Below are positions 30,987 through 41,309 of a DNA stretch of 64,000 bases, piece by piece. The stretch's first letter is position 1, and each line of letters starts with the position of its first letter. Source of the stretch: Cenarchaeum sp. (GTDB lineage Archaea; Thermoproteota; Nitrososphaeria; Nitrososphaerales; Nitrosopumilaceae); NCBI GenBank assembly GCA_963693095.2, contig OY843768.1, positions 704,001 through 768,000 on the forward strand, read 5' to 3'. The notes below the pieces were generated by a model, which was not told where the DNA came from, did not search any database, and was given only the letters and a program-made list of their open reading frames with translations. Made by a program: the position numbers and the translations under genes.

Positions 30987-31268
30987 ATGCTCAGCGGGGG
31001 CATTCAGATGTTCATCCAGGGTCAGGAGTGGATAATCATAGTCATTATCGCGGCAATTCTCATATTCGGCGCCAAAAAGATTCCAGAGCTTGCAAAGACG
31101 CTTGGCCGCTCGCGTGGCGAGTTTGAAAAGGGCAAGATGGAAGGCGAGCGCGAGCTCGCCGAGTTCAAGGACGGCAAGCCCACAGGTGGGGATGCCGGTG
31201 ATGCGCCAAGTGCCGGAAATGACAAGCCAAAGGCAGACACCGCAGACGATCCGGTCGCAAAGCCCTAG
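30987..31268 (+). CDS. tatA: Twin-arginine translocase subunit TatA
   Basis: EWIIIVII..LIFGAKKIPELAKTLGR...EF motif. Confidence 0.93.
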   Translation: MLSGGIQMFIQGQEWIIIVIIAAILIFGAKKIPELAKTLGRSRGEFEKGKMEGERELAEFKDGKPTGGDAGDAPSAGNDKPKADTADDPVAKP

Positions 31269-31693
31269 GACTCTGCCGCGCGCGCAATTTCTGCAGCAAG
31301 GCCGGCAACCCACGCATTGGCCGCACCGCCTTTGACCATTCGCGGTATGCCAAGCGGCCAGGAGCGCCTAATGTCTGCCCTGATCGTCAGCATCGTCGAC
31401 TCGCCGTCCTCCTCGTACGTCTCGACGATGGTGGTCCCGCGCCCGTCACCGCCAATTATGGCGATCTCGTGGCGCCGTGGGGCGTCTTCTGTGTGTCGCG
31501 CCATGACGCTCCACTCCGAGCCCGCAACTGACATGCGCGCCTGGACCACGGCGACGTTGCCTCTGCGCGAACGCGTGCGCGACATGGAATAGTGGCCAGG
31601 CAGCGTCTCGTGCAGCGAGTCATATGCTGTCGCGACGCCAAACGTGCGCGCAGCGCTCGCATGCACGCCAACTGATGCGGAGCATTCCGTCAA
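31265..31693 (-). CDS. SRPBCC/polyketide cyclase-like protein
   Basis: START-like pattern of the right size (F.VATAY..L...LP; IIGGDGRGT...ETY). Confidence 0.65.
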   Translation of the reverse strand: MTECSASVGVHASAARTFGVATAYDSLHETLPGHYSMSRTRSRRGNVAVVQARMSVAGSEWSVMARHTEDAPRRHEIAIIGGDGRGTTIVETYEEDGESTMLTIRADIRRSWPLGIPRMVKGGAANAWVAGLAAEIARAAES

Positions 31694-32247
31694 TCCTCGC
31701 CCCAGCGCCTGTACAGCCCATGGTCGAGTGAAAACTGGTCAAGGCACTTGCCCACGCCATGGTCGATGATATCCTCGACTGTCCTAGGCGCCGTGTAGAA
31801 CTCGGTCACGGGCGGAAGTATGACCACGCCGATTCGCGCCAGCCTGAGCATGTTCTCCAGGTGTATCGCCGAGAGCGGCGTCTCTCGCGCAAGAAGGACA
31901 AGCCTGCGCGACTCTTTTATCGTGACTCCGGCCGCGCGCGCCACGAGCGTCTCGTCATACCCGTGCGAGATCGCCGCAAGCGTCTTCATGCTGCACGGCG
32001 CGACTATCATGCCGTCTGAGCGGCTCGTCCCGCTAGAGATGCTAGAGGCCATGTTCGAGTCATCAGAGACCTCTGTGGCAAGCGACGCGACGTCGGCTGC
32101 CGAGCGGTCAGTCTCCATGGCGATGCACTTTTTTGCCCATTCGGTCATGATGAGGTGGGTCTTTACGCCCAGGCCGCCAAGAACCTCCAGCGCGCGTATG
32201 CCGTATATGACCCCCGTGCTGCCGGTGATCCCCACTGTGAGCCTCAT
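31690..32247 (-). CDS. ubiX: Flavin prenyltransferase
   Basis: VGITGSTG..YG, ISSG, IVAPCSMKTLAAI, RAA.V.IKE.R.LVL..RETPL, FY motifs. Confidence 0.95.
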   Translation of the reverse strand: MRLTVGITGSTGVIYGIRALEVLGGLGVKTHLIMTEWAKKCIAMETDRSAADVASLATEVSDDSNMASSISSGTSRSDGMIVAPCSMKTLAAISHGYDETLVARAAGVTIKESRRLVLLARETPLSAIHLENMLRLARIGVVILPPVTEFYTAPRTVEDIIDHGVGKCLDQFSLDHGLYRRWGED

Positions 32248-32306
32248 GCGAGGCACAGTGCCGCTGCGGGTATTTTATCGCTTTGTGGGCCATCAGGCGC
32301 GCCGAC

Positions 32307-32450
32307 TCACGCGCCGGCCTGCGCGTGGCCCCCTCGCGCGGCGTCCTCTTTTTCTGCACGGCGCCGGCGCCAGAGCATCACGGAACCGCACACCACCATC
32401 GCGCCCAAAAGCAGCACGCCTAGCATGACGAGCTCAAAGCTGTACAGCAT
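32307..32450 (-). CDS. Small single-TM protein (47 aa)
   Basis: MLYSFELVMLGVLLLGAMVVCGSVMLWRRRR: TM helix plus positive-inside cluster; TTTATC upstream. Confidence 0.5.
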   Translation of the reverse strand: MLYSFELVMLGVLLLGAMVVCGSVMLWRRRRAEKEDAARGGHAQAGA

Positions 32451-32574
32451 GGGATGCGCCACTGTGGCCCAGACCGATAAACCTTCGCCGGATCGCAGCG
32501 GCGCGTGGGGCAGTCTTGCGCCATGCGCGCCACGGATTATAGCTATATTAGATGCGTCATGCCGACGGCCCACC

Positions 32575-33663
32575 GTGATACCACGGGCGCAGATGCAGCG
32601 CATTGCCGACTCGTACGGCGAGCCCAGGGTCGGCGTCATGGGCAGCCACTCGGCACTAGAGGTCATGGACGGCGCAAGGGACGAGGGCCTGGGGACCGTG
32701 GTCTATTGCCAGCGGGGCCGCGATACCCCATACAGGCGCTTTTCGCGGATCGCCGATGAGATCATCACGTTGAGGCGCTTTGCGGACATGGCGTCTGCGC
32801 GAACGCAGGCCGCCATGCGCGACACGTCGACAATAGTCGTGCCGCACAGGTCCTTTGCGGTCTATCTGGGCTATGCGCGCATCGAGAACTCTTTTCGCGT
32901 GCCGCTCTTTGGAAATCGCGCAATGCTGCGCGCCGAGGAGCGCGACGAGCGCAAGAACCAGTATGACCTGCTCAAAAAGGCCGGAATAAGGCACCCGCGC
33001 GTGGTAAGGCCACGAGACATTGCCGGACCGTGCATCGTAAAGGTCCAGGAGGGCGCGCGCCGCCTCGAGCGCGCGTTCTTTACGGTGACGTCGAGGGAGG
33101 ACTATGAGGCAAAGGCAGACGAGCGCATAAGGCGCAAGATCATAACGAAAAAAGGCCTAGAGCGCGCCGCAATAGAAGAGTTTGCGATTGGAACATACAT
33201 GAACTTTAACTTTTTTTCCTCGCCGCTCACCCCGGAGGCCGAGTTTCTCGGCGTCGAGAGGCGCCTCCAGTCAAACCTGTACGACTTTAACTCGCTGCCC
33301 GCGCGCCAGCAGCTAGAGATGGACATAGACCTGCAGAACGTCGAGGTTGGCCACACGCCGGCCAGCGTGCGCGAGTCGCTCCTTGAAAAGGTCATCGACA
33401 TCGGTGACCGGTTTGTGCGCGCAGCGCGCCAAATGTACAGTCCCGGCGTGATCGGGCCGTTCTCGCTCCAGTCCGTGATCACAAAGGACCTCGAGCTCGT
33501 CGTGTACGACGTCTCGATGCGCGTGCCGGGCAACCCCATACTGGCGACGACTAGCCCCTACACAAAGTACACGCACGGCACTGTCATCGGCGTGGGCAGG
33601 AGGATAGCCATGGAGATAGCGCACGCGCGCGACTCTGGCCGCCTTGCGGACATTGTCACCTAG
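32575..33663 (+). CDS. purP: Formate-phosphoribosylaminoimidazolecarboxamide ligase family (ATP-grasp)
   Basis: GSHSALEV.DGA.DEG, VPHRSF..Y, FGNR..LR.EER, RESLL, IGPFSLQ motifs; GTG start inferred. Confidence 0.9.
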   Translation: MIPRAQMQRIADSYGEPRVGVMGSHSALEVMDGARDEGLGTVVYCQRGRDTPYRRFSRIADEIITLRRFADMASARTQAAMRDTSTIVVPHRSFAVYLGYARIENSFRVPLFGNRAMLRAEERDERKNQYDLLKKAGIRHPRVVRPRDIAGPCIVKVQEGARRLERAFFTVTSREDYEAKADERIRRKIITKKGLERAAIEEFAIGTYMNFNFFSSPLTPEAEFLGVERRLQSNLYDFNSLPARQQLEMDIDLQNVEVGHTPASVRESLLEKVIDIGDRFVRAARQMYSPGVIGPFSLQSVITKDLELVVYDVSMRVPGNPILATTSPYTKYTHGTVIGVGRRIAMEIAHARDSGRLADIVT

Positions 33664-34085
33664 GCCTCAACGCTGGCCTTTAGGAGTGAGCGCCTCACGA
33701 GTATCGGAATGTTGTAGAATGCCGCAAGGGCCAGCGCGTCTGACGCCCTATAGTTGCGCAGGACCATGTCGCCGTCCCTGCCGGTAAAGTAGAGGTTTGC
33801 GCGCAGGACCTCGTTGCTCTCATAGACCTTTACCTTGACTAGCACAAGGCCATTGTGCTCGCAGACCTCCTCGATCATGCGATAGACCGTCGGAATGTCA
33901 TCGCGCGAGTCCCCAAGAAACCTCATGATGTATCCGGCGATCTCGCCGGAGAATGACCTGATGTGGAACTGCTTGCCTGACTCGGCCTTTAGTATCACTA
34001 TGCCCTCTAGGCCATATGGGTCAACATACCCAACGTGGCCTATCCGGACAGTCTCATAGTCAGGCTCGCTTTGCGCTATGTCCAT
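33660..34085 (-). CDS. Bifunctional nuclease (DUF151) family protein
   Basis: IVILK...PTVY...RASDALALA..YNIPILV pattern. Confidence 0.85.
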   Translation of the reverse strand: MDIAQSEPDYETVRIGHVGYVDPYGLEGIVILKAESGKQFHIRSFSGEIAGYIMRFLGDSRDDIPTVYRMIEEVCEHNGLVLVKVKVYESNEVLRANLYFTGRDGDMVLRNYRASDALALAAFYNIPILVRRSLLKASVEA

Positions 34086-34181
34086 CGGCAATCGCAACAC
34101 GCGTGCCGCGCGCGCCCCTTATAAGCACGCCGACGTGGCACTAGTCAGTTAAAATATCATTGCGCGCACGGGAGCCTGAAA

Positions 34182-35999
34182 ATGTCCGCAGCGCCGGAGC
34201 GATCCGTGTCATATGTCCTCTCAAAGCCCGTCTCGGCATACATGGGCCGTGACGTCCTCATGCTCGGCGAGGGCACACTCACGCGCGAGGCCGCACACAC
34301 GCTCCAGCGCTACGAGCGCGATGACATTATCGTCACCGGCACTGACGGCAAGCCCGTCGGGATTGTGACAGACCAGGACATACTCAGCAAGGTCGGCGAC
34401 ATTACGGTCTATGCCGAGGCGACCACGCTCCATGACATCATGAGCTCGCCCCTCCACACAATAGGCCATGACGCGACGCTGCGCGAGGCCCTTGCGATAA
34501 TGAAGTCCAACGGAATCAGAAAGCTGCCCGTCATCTCGCGCAAGGGCGACGTCATTGGCATCATACTCCAGGTGACCATCGCAAACGTCATACGCGACTC
34601 AGTCACGCGCGCGCCTCGCCTGCTCAGCCCCCCGATAAAGGCGATTCTTGGCAACCTCGGCTTTGTCCTCCAGTTCGCCGGCGTCCTCATACTCGTGCCC
34701 GCAATAGTCTCGACGGTTCTGCGCGAGTTTGAGACTGCCACGGGCATATACCTGACTACTGTCCTTCTCCTAGTGACAGGGTTCTTTCTAAACTCATACG
34801 GTGAAAAGGCCAGCCTAAACCTGCGGCAGGCCTCGATACTCGTATTTTCCAGCCTGTTCATACTCACGCTCTTTGGGACGATACCGTATCTCTATGTGTC
34901 GCAGTTTGGCGACATTCCGCCAGTTGAAAACTTTGCTAGCAGCTTTTTCTCCAGCGCTGCGGGTTTCACGACAGGGGGAATCTCGATATTTGAGACGCCC
35001 GAGACGCTCACAAAGTCGTTCATATTCTACAGGAGCTTTACGCAGCTCGTGGGCGGCATGAGCTTTATCTATCTCGTGATAACTGCATTCTATCCGGAGG
35101 GCAAGCTCCAGTCGATGCGTGGGTTTATCTCGGGCAGGACGCTTCACCTCCGCGAGCTCTTTGGCACAATCGCCGTCATATTTGGGCTCTATATCACCAT
35201 AGTCGCCGCCCTCCTCTATGCCTTTGGCGGGAACGACATACTGGACAACTTTGCGCTCGCGATGAGCACGGTGTCAACTGGCGGGTTTGTCCCCTCGTCT
35301 GGCATGATCGCCGGCCTTGCGTGGCAGTCCGAGATCGTCCTGATGGCCGCAATGATCCTCGGTGCGCTGCCGTTCACGTTTCACTATGCCTTTGTCAGCA
35401 AAAAGTTCCTCTCCCCCAAGCTCGGCAAGGAGGTCATGGCATACTTTGCCCTCCTCGGCGGCGCATCGCTTCTCTTTGTCGCGACGAGCGGCATGGGCGC
35501 CCTAGAGTCCGTCTTTTACACGGTGTCGGCAAGCACGACTGCCGGCCTCCAGTACGAGTCGCTTGCGGGCACGAACGTGGTGTCGCATGCCATACTCACA
35601 ACGCTCATGCTCGTGGGGGGGTGCGGCTTCTCCACTGCAGGAGGCGTAAAGGTCTACCGCATGATGGGCATGCGCAATGTCGCTGCCGTCATGAGGGGCA
35701 GGGCAGGCACGCTGGCCGATGACGCCAGGAAGGAGGCATACTCGACTATCATCATACTCGCCCTCTTTCCCGCAATAGCGCTTGGCGCCGGCGCGTACCT
35801 GTCGGCCTCGACTGGTGCCAGCTATGACGACGCCCTCCTCGAGGCGACTGGCATCATAACCACGGGCGGCCTGTCTAGCGGCATAGTCAACGTGGACACG
35901 GATCCCGCGACAAAGGTGGTCTTGAGCTTTATGATGATATTTGGCCGCCTCGAGGTAATTGCGATCGTGTACATATTTGTGCCGAGGCTGGCCTCTTGA
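34182..35999 (+). CDS. CBS-pair plus TrkH-type K+ transporter fusion
   Basis: N-terminal VGIVTDQDI and IMSSP CBS motifs; pore motifs GFTTGG, STGGF, TTAGL, GGCGFSTAGGVK, TTGGL, GRLE. Confidence 0.9.
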   Translation: MSAAPERSVSYVLSKPVSAYMGRDVLMLGEGTLTREAAHTLQRYERDDIIVTGTDGKPVGIVTDQDILSKVGDITVYAEATTLHDIMSSPLHTIGHDATLREALAIMKSNGIRKLPVISRKGDVIGIILQVTIANVIRDSVTRAPRLLSPPIKAILGNLGFVLQFAGVLILVPAIVSTVLREFETATGIYLTTVLLLVTGFFLNSYGEKASLNLRQASILVFSSLFILTLFGTIPYLYVSQFGDIPPVENFASSFFSSAAGFTTGGISIFETPETLTKSFIFYRSFTQLVGGMSFIYLVITAFYPEGKLQSMRGFISGRTLHLRELFGTIAVIFGLYITIVAALLYAFGGNDILDNFALAMSTVSTGGFVPSSGMIAGLAWQSEIVLMAAMILGALPFTFHYAFVSKKFLSPKLGKEVMAYFALLGGASLLFVATSGMGALESVFYTVSASTTAGLQYESLAGTNVVSHAILTTLMLVGGCGFSTAGGVKVYRMMGMRNVAAVMRGRAGTLADDARKEAYSTIIILALFPAIALGAGAYLSASTGASYDDALLEATGIITTGGLSSGIVNVDTDPATKVVLSFMMIFGRLEVIAIVYIFVPRLAS

Positions 36000-36787
36000 G
36001 GCCTGGCGTTCGCGTTATAGCAGTTGGGCTGGCATCCATTGCGATTCTCTTTTTGCTCTATGCGCGATACGCGACAGACGCCTCGATGATTGCGCCTGAT
36101 GCCCTGGAGCCGCTGCAGAGGATGGCGCACGCGTTTTACGCGCTCCTCCTCGCCTCCCTGGCGTGTGTTGCGTTGGGAATGTACACGTTTCACCGCGCAA
36201 TGGCGCGCGATGGCGCCGACGGGACGCTGGCGAGGATTGCGCTTGCGACGTGGGCACGGCGCCCGCGGATGGTCTTTGTGGTGACGCTCGTCGCCTATGG
36301 AACGTTTTTTTCACTGACGTCAGGCACGCTCGTGCATCAGCCTGACGTGTCATTCTCGTACCACTATGGGGCGCAGATTCCCTCCATCGAGGTCGCACCA
36401 TGCTGTGACGTGCCCGGATACATGCCAAAGGCCATCATATACCTGACGGACAATGTCGGACTGCAGGTCATACCGGTGAACATGGTCCTGCAGGTCACAG
36501 TCTCATATCTCGTCGCGCTAAACATGTCGATTGCCTCAGTGGCGCTGTCGGCATCTCGCGCGCGACGCAGCATCTCTGGCGTTGGCGCAATAACTGGCCT
36601 GTTTGTCGCGTGTCCTACCTGCGCAGGATCTGTGGCATCGGCGGTTCTCGGGACTGCAAGCGGCATCACGCTGGCAGTGGCGCTATCGCAGGTTCAGACA
36701 GGGCTCATTGCGGTGTCCATACCGGTGCTTTTGGTCACGCCGCTCCTCCTTGCGCGCCGTATCCCCCGGCGCAGCGCGCAGTGCTGA
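35996..36787 (+). CDS. Multi-pass membrane protein (CC and CPTC motifs)
   Basis: Six to seven hydrophobic segments, APCC and ACPTCAG; coupled to the TrkH stop. Confidence 0.75.
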   Translation: MRPGVRVIAVGLASIAILFLLYARYATDASMIAPDALEPLQRMAHAFYALLLASLACVALGMYTFHRAMARDGADGTLARIALATWARRPRMVFVVTLVAYGTFFSLTSGTLVHQPDVSFSYHYGAQIPSIEVAPCCDVPGYMPKAIIYLTDNVGLQVIPVNMVLQVTVSYLVALNMSIASVALSASRARRSISGVGAITGLFVACPTCAGSVASAVLGTASGITLAVALSQVQTGLIAVSIPVLLVTPLLLARRIPRRSAQC

Positions 36788-36788
36788 G

Positions 36789-37070
36789 TCAGGCTGCCGG
36801 CTTTTTTATCTCGCGCGTTTTCATGCCACCCTCGCCGCGTGCGGTCCCAAAGCTGACAAGCATGAGCAAAAAACCGACACCGATTAGCATGCTGGCAAGT
36901 ATGACCATGTTGCCGTTCTCGCGCTCGTCGAGGAGTAGCTCGGCGATCTCTGCATCAGTCATGCCCTGCCTGCCTGCTGGCGCCTCGGCTCCGAGATATG
37001 CGACAAAGACGGTTCCAAGCACGAGCATGGCCGCGCCTGCGCCCATCATGCCCATGTTTATCCTGATCAC
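36789..37070 (-). CDS. Small two-TM membrane protein
   Basis: Two TM helices around an acidic loop; lay directly downstream of mqnD before the transposon insertion. Start 37070 or 37055. Confidence 0.65.
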   Translation of the reverse strand: MIRINMGMMGAGAAMLVLGTVFVAYLGAEAPAGRQGMTDAEIAELLLDERENGNMVILASMLIGVGFLLMLVSFGTARGEGGMKTREIKKPAA

Positions 37071-37116
37071 ATACGCGCGCGGGTTGGCAGACGAATTTAG
37101 GCTTTTGCCGCGCGGC

Positions 37117-37443
37117 GGCCCTGTCCACGAATGGGCGCGGATGGCAGATCCGGGCAACGGCATGGCGTGAAATTTCGGCTCCCCTGCATCCCGGTGCCGG
37201 ATCCCGCCACTGGATCAAGGCCGTGCTGCCTCGACGAACTGGTTTCCCACCGATCTGGCCCCCTACGGATCTCCCCCATGTACAGATGCACGAGGGTGGG
37301 AAATACCTCCCCCGGGCTCGCGCTTTCTGTTCCTTGCAATAAATGTGGAGAGGCCGGCGCGCCGATCTATGGGCTATTGAGTCGGCCTGCTCTTGATCTA
37401 AAAGCTTTGCTGCACTTTTGTGGGATCATTCATGGACAAAGCC
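37117..37443 (+). mobile_element. Internally deleted (MITE-like) copy of the same element, 327 bp
   Basis: Left end plus an internal right end CACTTTTGTGGGATCATTCATGGACAAAGCC that matches 41293-41323 at 29/31 positions. Confidence 0.75.
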
Positions 37444-37796
37444 GTGCGAGACCCCTATTTCATAGCCTGATTTCGGGCACGCCGCCTCTGCGCATCCCGA
37501 CAGCCCCTACCTGCCGTGACCCGTCTGAGGGGATTCCGTGTGCCTTTGAGGCGTTTGTGGCGCTGGTGGTGAAAGAGAAGGCCATGGCTCCGGGTCACGA
37601 CGTTTGCCCTGTGCGCTCCTGAGCTGGACGATCCGGATGACGAGTTTGCCGCCCATATCGTGCGCACAAGCCGTATGCATGTGATCCCCTAGTGGCGGTT
37701 GTGGGACGCACCAATCAGCTCGACCCCGACCAATAACCATGGTGCGAAACGACAAACTTTTGCGGTCAGTCCGTAGGTATTTTATATTGGCACTTT

Positions 37797-38633
37797 TTGG
37801 CACCGCCGTTGAGCTCATCGAATTCACATGATCCCGGCCTGATCGCCTCCCTGTCTCCTCACATCGAAGCCGCAATCAGGGCATCACCGTGCACGTGTGC
37901 CCTACTCCGTCCCGATGTGATCCTGGGGATGGTTATTAGGCATGGTCTAGACTCACAAAGGCGCATCCCAGAGTTTCGACAGCTATCCAATAATGCTCAA
38001 ACAAAATTTGCTGATGCTGTGTCTGACCCTGGCAAAAAGCAATTAACAAGCACGCAGATTGAGACCCTTGGCCTCCTCGAGGTTCCATCGTCCGAGATAG
38101 ACGAGCACAATAATGGGCTAAACGAAATATTCCAGACACACAAACTCGGCAAAGTCGTCCGTGACTTTGAGGAAGTTGCAGTCGCATACAATGCCTCACT
38201 TCGGTACTTGTGGACTGGCACAACTGAGCTCTCACGCTTCATAAATGGTGTCGAAGAACTTGACAGTATGCTGAACACCCGCCAGTTTCACTCGAACAAA
38301 CGCAATTTCGTGTCAACATCAATCACCAAATCTCCATGGTTCGTACATCGTACCACGTCATACCACATCAGGGTAACTGACTGGTATAGGAAACACGCGT
38401 TACCGATCACACATACGTCAGTTTTTGCGATCGCCAATCCAGAAATTCTTTCTGGACACAAGAGCGTTTCTTTTCTAGAAGATGAGGTGCGCATAAAAAA
38501 CGGAACAACGATTGAAAATGACACACTCAAGATCATTTTTTACCACCAGCCATCCACCCCAAAGTCATTCACAGGCAATCTGATTAAAACGTACTCTCCT
38601 CTTGGACGTGTGTGTATTGAATATCACAGCTGA
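37797..38633 (+). CDS. Putative ADP-ribosyltransferase-fold protein (cargo)
   Basis: YLWTGT..EELDSML, FVSTS and EDEVRI in R-S-E clade order; TTTTATATT box upstream; low GC. Start may be the TTG at 37809. Confidence 0.5.
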   Translation: MAPPLSSSNSHDPGLIASLSPHIEAAIRASPCTCALLRPDVILGMVIRHGLDSQRRIPEFRQLSNNAQTKFADAVSDPGKKQLTSTQIETLGLLEVPSSEIDEHNNGLNEIFQTHKLGKVVRDFEEVAVAYNASLRYLWTGTTELSRFINGVEELDSMLNTRQFHSNKRNFVSTSITKSPWFVHRTTSYHIRVTDWYRKHALPITHTSVFAIANPEILSGHKSVSFLEDEVRIKNGTTIENDTLKIIFYHQPSTPKSFTGNLIKTYSPLGRVCIEYHS

Positions 38634-38839
38634 TCAACGTTTGTGCGCGTCAGTGATTCAGACGGTAACAATGAGACTGCAGGGCGTGTCTGGGGGCAGC
38701 TATGGCCATATGATGGAACACGGTAAGCTGCTTGCCTAGTTCTTTGCCCTAGACACGTGCAGTCCGCGTGTGTCTATGTCTTTGGCTGCGCCTGTGTGAA
38801 GCATTAGACTTAATAGGCGTAACACTGCAGAAGCGTTCA

Positions 38840-39097
38840 ATGAACACAGCGCGGCGCGAAGCCCTGAGACTCATCGCCTACGGCCTTCAATTCTATGGCT
38901 CTGTGTCTGGTGGGGAACTAATGACGCGGCTCATAGGGTTGCTATCAGAAAAGGAGGCATGGGGCATTATCGCCGAGGCCGAGAGAATGGGCATGATCGA
39001 GCACGCCGAGATGATTTTCGAGTCATCCGATCCAAGGGCTCAAGAGTGGCGCCTCGTCAAGGGTTTCAATGTGGAACGACTAGAGATACCCACATAG
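38840..39097 (+). CDS. Small wHTH-like hypothetical protein (cargo)
   Basis: 85 aa with a helix-GSVSGGEL-helix-GMIE-strand pattern; CTTAATA box about 25 bp upstream. Confidence 0.5.
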   Translation: MNTARREALRLIAYGLQFYGSVSGGELMTRLIGLLSEKEAWGIIAEAERMGMIEHAEMIFESSDPRAQEWRLVKGFNVERLEIPT

Positions 39098-39510
39098 ACA
39101 GACCACCGCCCCTGCTGTTTCCGCTTCGTATTGTGCGTATTCATATCTGACTTTGGGCGCACGGGTACTTAGTCGCTTTACCAGAAGACGCCAAAACACC
39201 CGTCACATCGTACGAAAAGCAGCATTGGGCGAGATTGGCGCTTTTCTGAAGACGTGTCTTTTCACGCTTTGCGGCGTCCCCTCGCCGACGCTGTTCGAGT
39301 GCTCGATGCCGGTATGCTCACGTAACACGAATAGCCCGGGAACATCCCGCTGCCTGACCGCGACGCAGATGGGCTTGCGAACCATGACCGTGCCTGCTCG
39401 AATATTTATGAGCATCAGCTAATTTCTGACGTGTAAATAGCACCACGTTGACATTGTTTCTGACGGCTATCAAATCTGCTTTTGCATCACGTCAGTAATA
39501 CTCGCCCGTC

Positions 39511-40680
39511 TTACACTTTGCTTTCCCCAAAAATCCCTCTTAGTGTGTTGCTGGCTTTTTCGTGGTTGCTGTTTCCGTGGTCGCTAAGAGTGTATTTAGT
39601 AACTTTGTTTTGTGCTAACGCGAGCCTTTTATCAATATCTGCAAAATTGGGGCTATCGATGGGGTTGTCGGGCACGATGTCACTGTGCGCAAACTTTCCC
39701 TGCATGCTGTTCATGATCGCCTTTGCCTCATCTATGTCATCATATACGTGCGTGACAAGCGTGGGATTGTCACAAAGCAACTGCCTTATGCTTGGACACG
39801 CCCCTACGTCTTCGTGCGCGAACCATCGGTTTTGTAGATCCAGGTACATTTCATATCTTGAAGAAAATCCCTGACTTGTTTTCAACCCTAGCTTGTCGCA
39901 CAATTCGGCAAAGTTGCGCAGATCAATGATCATGTATCGTATCGTATACGCTGCTATGGTCAAAGTTGTGACCTTGTTTATTGGGTCATCCTGGAATTCT
40001 TTTATGCTGTGTTTCAATATATCTAGCAGCATATCCATTCCATTACATATACTGTACATATTGCCGTATGTACCGTTGTGTGCTTTTACGTCTAGCGAAA
40101 CTGATATCTTGTTATACTCTGCTGACAGCCTGTACGCATCACTTGCCGTTCTGGGATTTAATTGAGCCAGAATTTCACTCCACTGCCCTATACTGATCCC
40201 GGCATTGCTCTTATTTTTGCGCCTTTCTATTATGTCGTCCTGAAACTTTACCACTAGGCGAGCATAGATCAAGATGTCCTCAAGCTTTTTTGAATCCATC
40301 CTTGAGCCCACTTTGGTCAACATAATTGCCGAGCCCGTCCCCAGATCGCTACCCAGCTCCCTAACAAACCTGATAGTGTCCCGCTGTCCTTCAAGAATTG
40401 TGCAGAGCTTTTGTGGGTCTGGGTGTTCTTGAGCTGATATTATGGTGCCAAAGTTGCGCCCAAACAGTCCAGCAAAGTTCTGAAGCTCTATGACAAAATA
40501 TCGCACATACCTGAGCACCTCTTCGGCCGAAGGGGGAAAGCACAGCATGCCCGTTACGCCCTGACTTCCCGTGTGCAATCCCTGGTTCATATACCAGTAG
40601 TATAGCTGGTCAATTAGAGATTTTAGGCGCCAGGTGCTTTCTACAACACGGGCAAGGACCACCTCATGGCTGTCCGTCAT
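39511..40680 (-). CDS. Putative HEPN-like helical protein with internal duplication (cargo)
   Basis: Repeated RYFVIELQNF and RYMIIDLRNF; LQNRWFAH Rx3H-like motif in the second half; low GC. Confidence 0.5.
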   Translation of the reverse strand: MTDSHEVVLARVVESTWRLKSLIDQLYYWYMNQGLHTGSQGVTGMLCFPPSAEEVLRYVRYFVIELQNFAGLFGRNFGTIISAQEHPDPQKLCTILEGQRDTIRFVRELGSDLGTGSAIMLTKVGSRMDSKKLEDILIYARLVVKFQDDIIERRKNKSNAGISIGQWSEILAQLNPRTASDAYRLSAEYNKISVSLDVKAHNGTYGNMYSICNGMDMLLDILKHSIKEFQDDPINKVTTLTIAAYTIRYMIIDLRNFAELCDKLGLKTSQGFSSRYEMYLDLQNRWFAHEDVGACPSIRQLLCDNPTLVTHVYDDIDEAKAIMNSMQGKFAHSDIVPDNPIDSPNFADIDKRLALAQNKVTKYTLSDHGNSNHEKASNTLRGIFGESKV

Positions 40681-40877
40681 GGACAATTTCCCCCGTGGCA
40701 GATCTTTTCTTGCACCGGTGCGTCCCCGTAATGTGTGCTCATGTAGGCTCGTGCGGGTGTCTGGAATATATGGGTTTTTCCTGCCGATCGGCTTTGTATT
40801 GTACAAAAAGTAGTAGACTGGGCAGGAATGCCCGCCGGGCGCTGATCCGGGAGCCCATGGAGGGCCGCCGACGAGCC

Positions 40878-41270
40878 ATGCCGATCAGGAGGTCTGACGC
40901 ACCGGCGCAGGCCCTCTCGGACCACGGCACGCAGTTCACTGCGACCAGGTGCGGCGCCCCGACCCGCAGCTGAACGCCGACGCTCTTCGAGCGGGAGCTG
41001 CTGGACCGCGACATAGCGCACCTCATGGCGCGCGTCCGCCACCCCCAGACCAACGGCCAGGTCGAGAGGCTCTTCCAGACGCTCGAGGCCCAGATTGGCC
41101 ACTTTGGCTGAGTTCCCGAGTTCATTGCGCACTACAACGAGAGATGCCTCCACTTCGCCCTGGACATCAAGGACGGCTAGACGCCCCTGCTGGCCTTCGG
41201 GAGGCGCAGGGCCGACTGGCGGGTCCGGGCGGAGAACCAGAGGTGGATGGAGGTGGACTCGAATGAGTGA
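40878..41270 (+). pseudogene. rve/integrase-core (IS481-like) transposase remnant
   Basis: One frame reads SDHGTQF..FERELL..IAHLMARVRHPQTNGQVERLFQTLE..FIAHYNE..H..TP, with in-frame stops at 40971, 41109 and 41178; 5' part missing. Confidence 0.88.
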
Positions 41271-41309
41271 GTCTACGATCTGTACAAGGCCTCACTTTTG
41301 CGGGATCAT

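Noticed and set aside
34182-35999. CBS-TrkH fusion as a novelty
   Set aside because: Sits in ordinary core context with host codon usage, and I recall similar fusions in related thaumarchaea; not counted as new.
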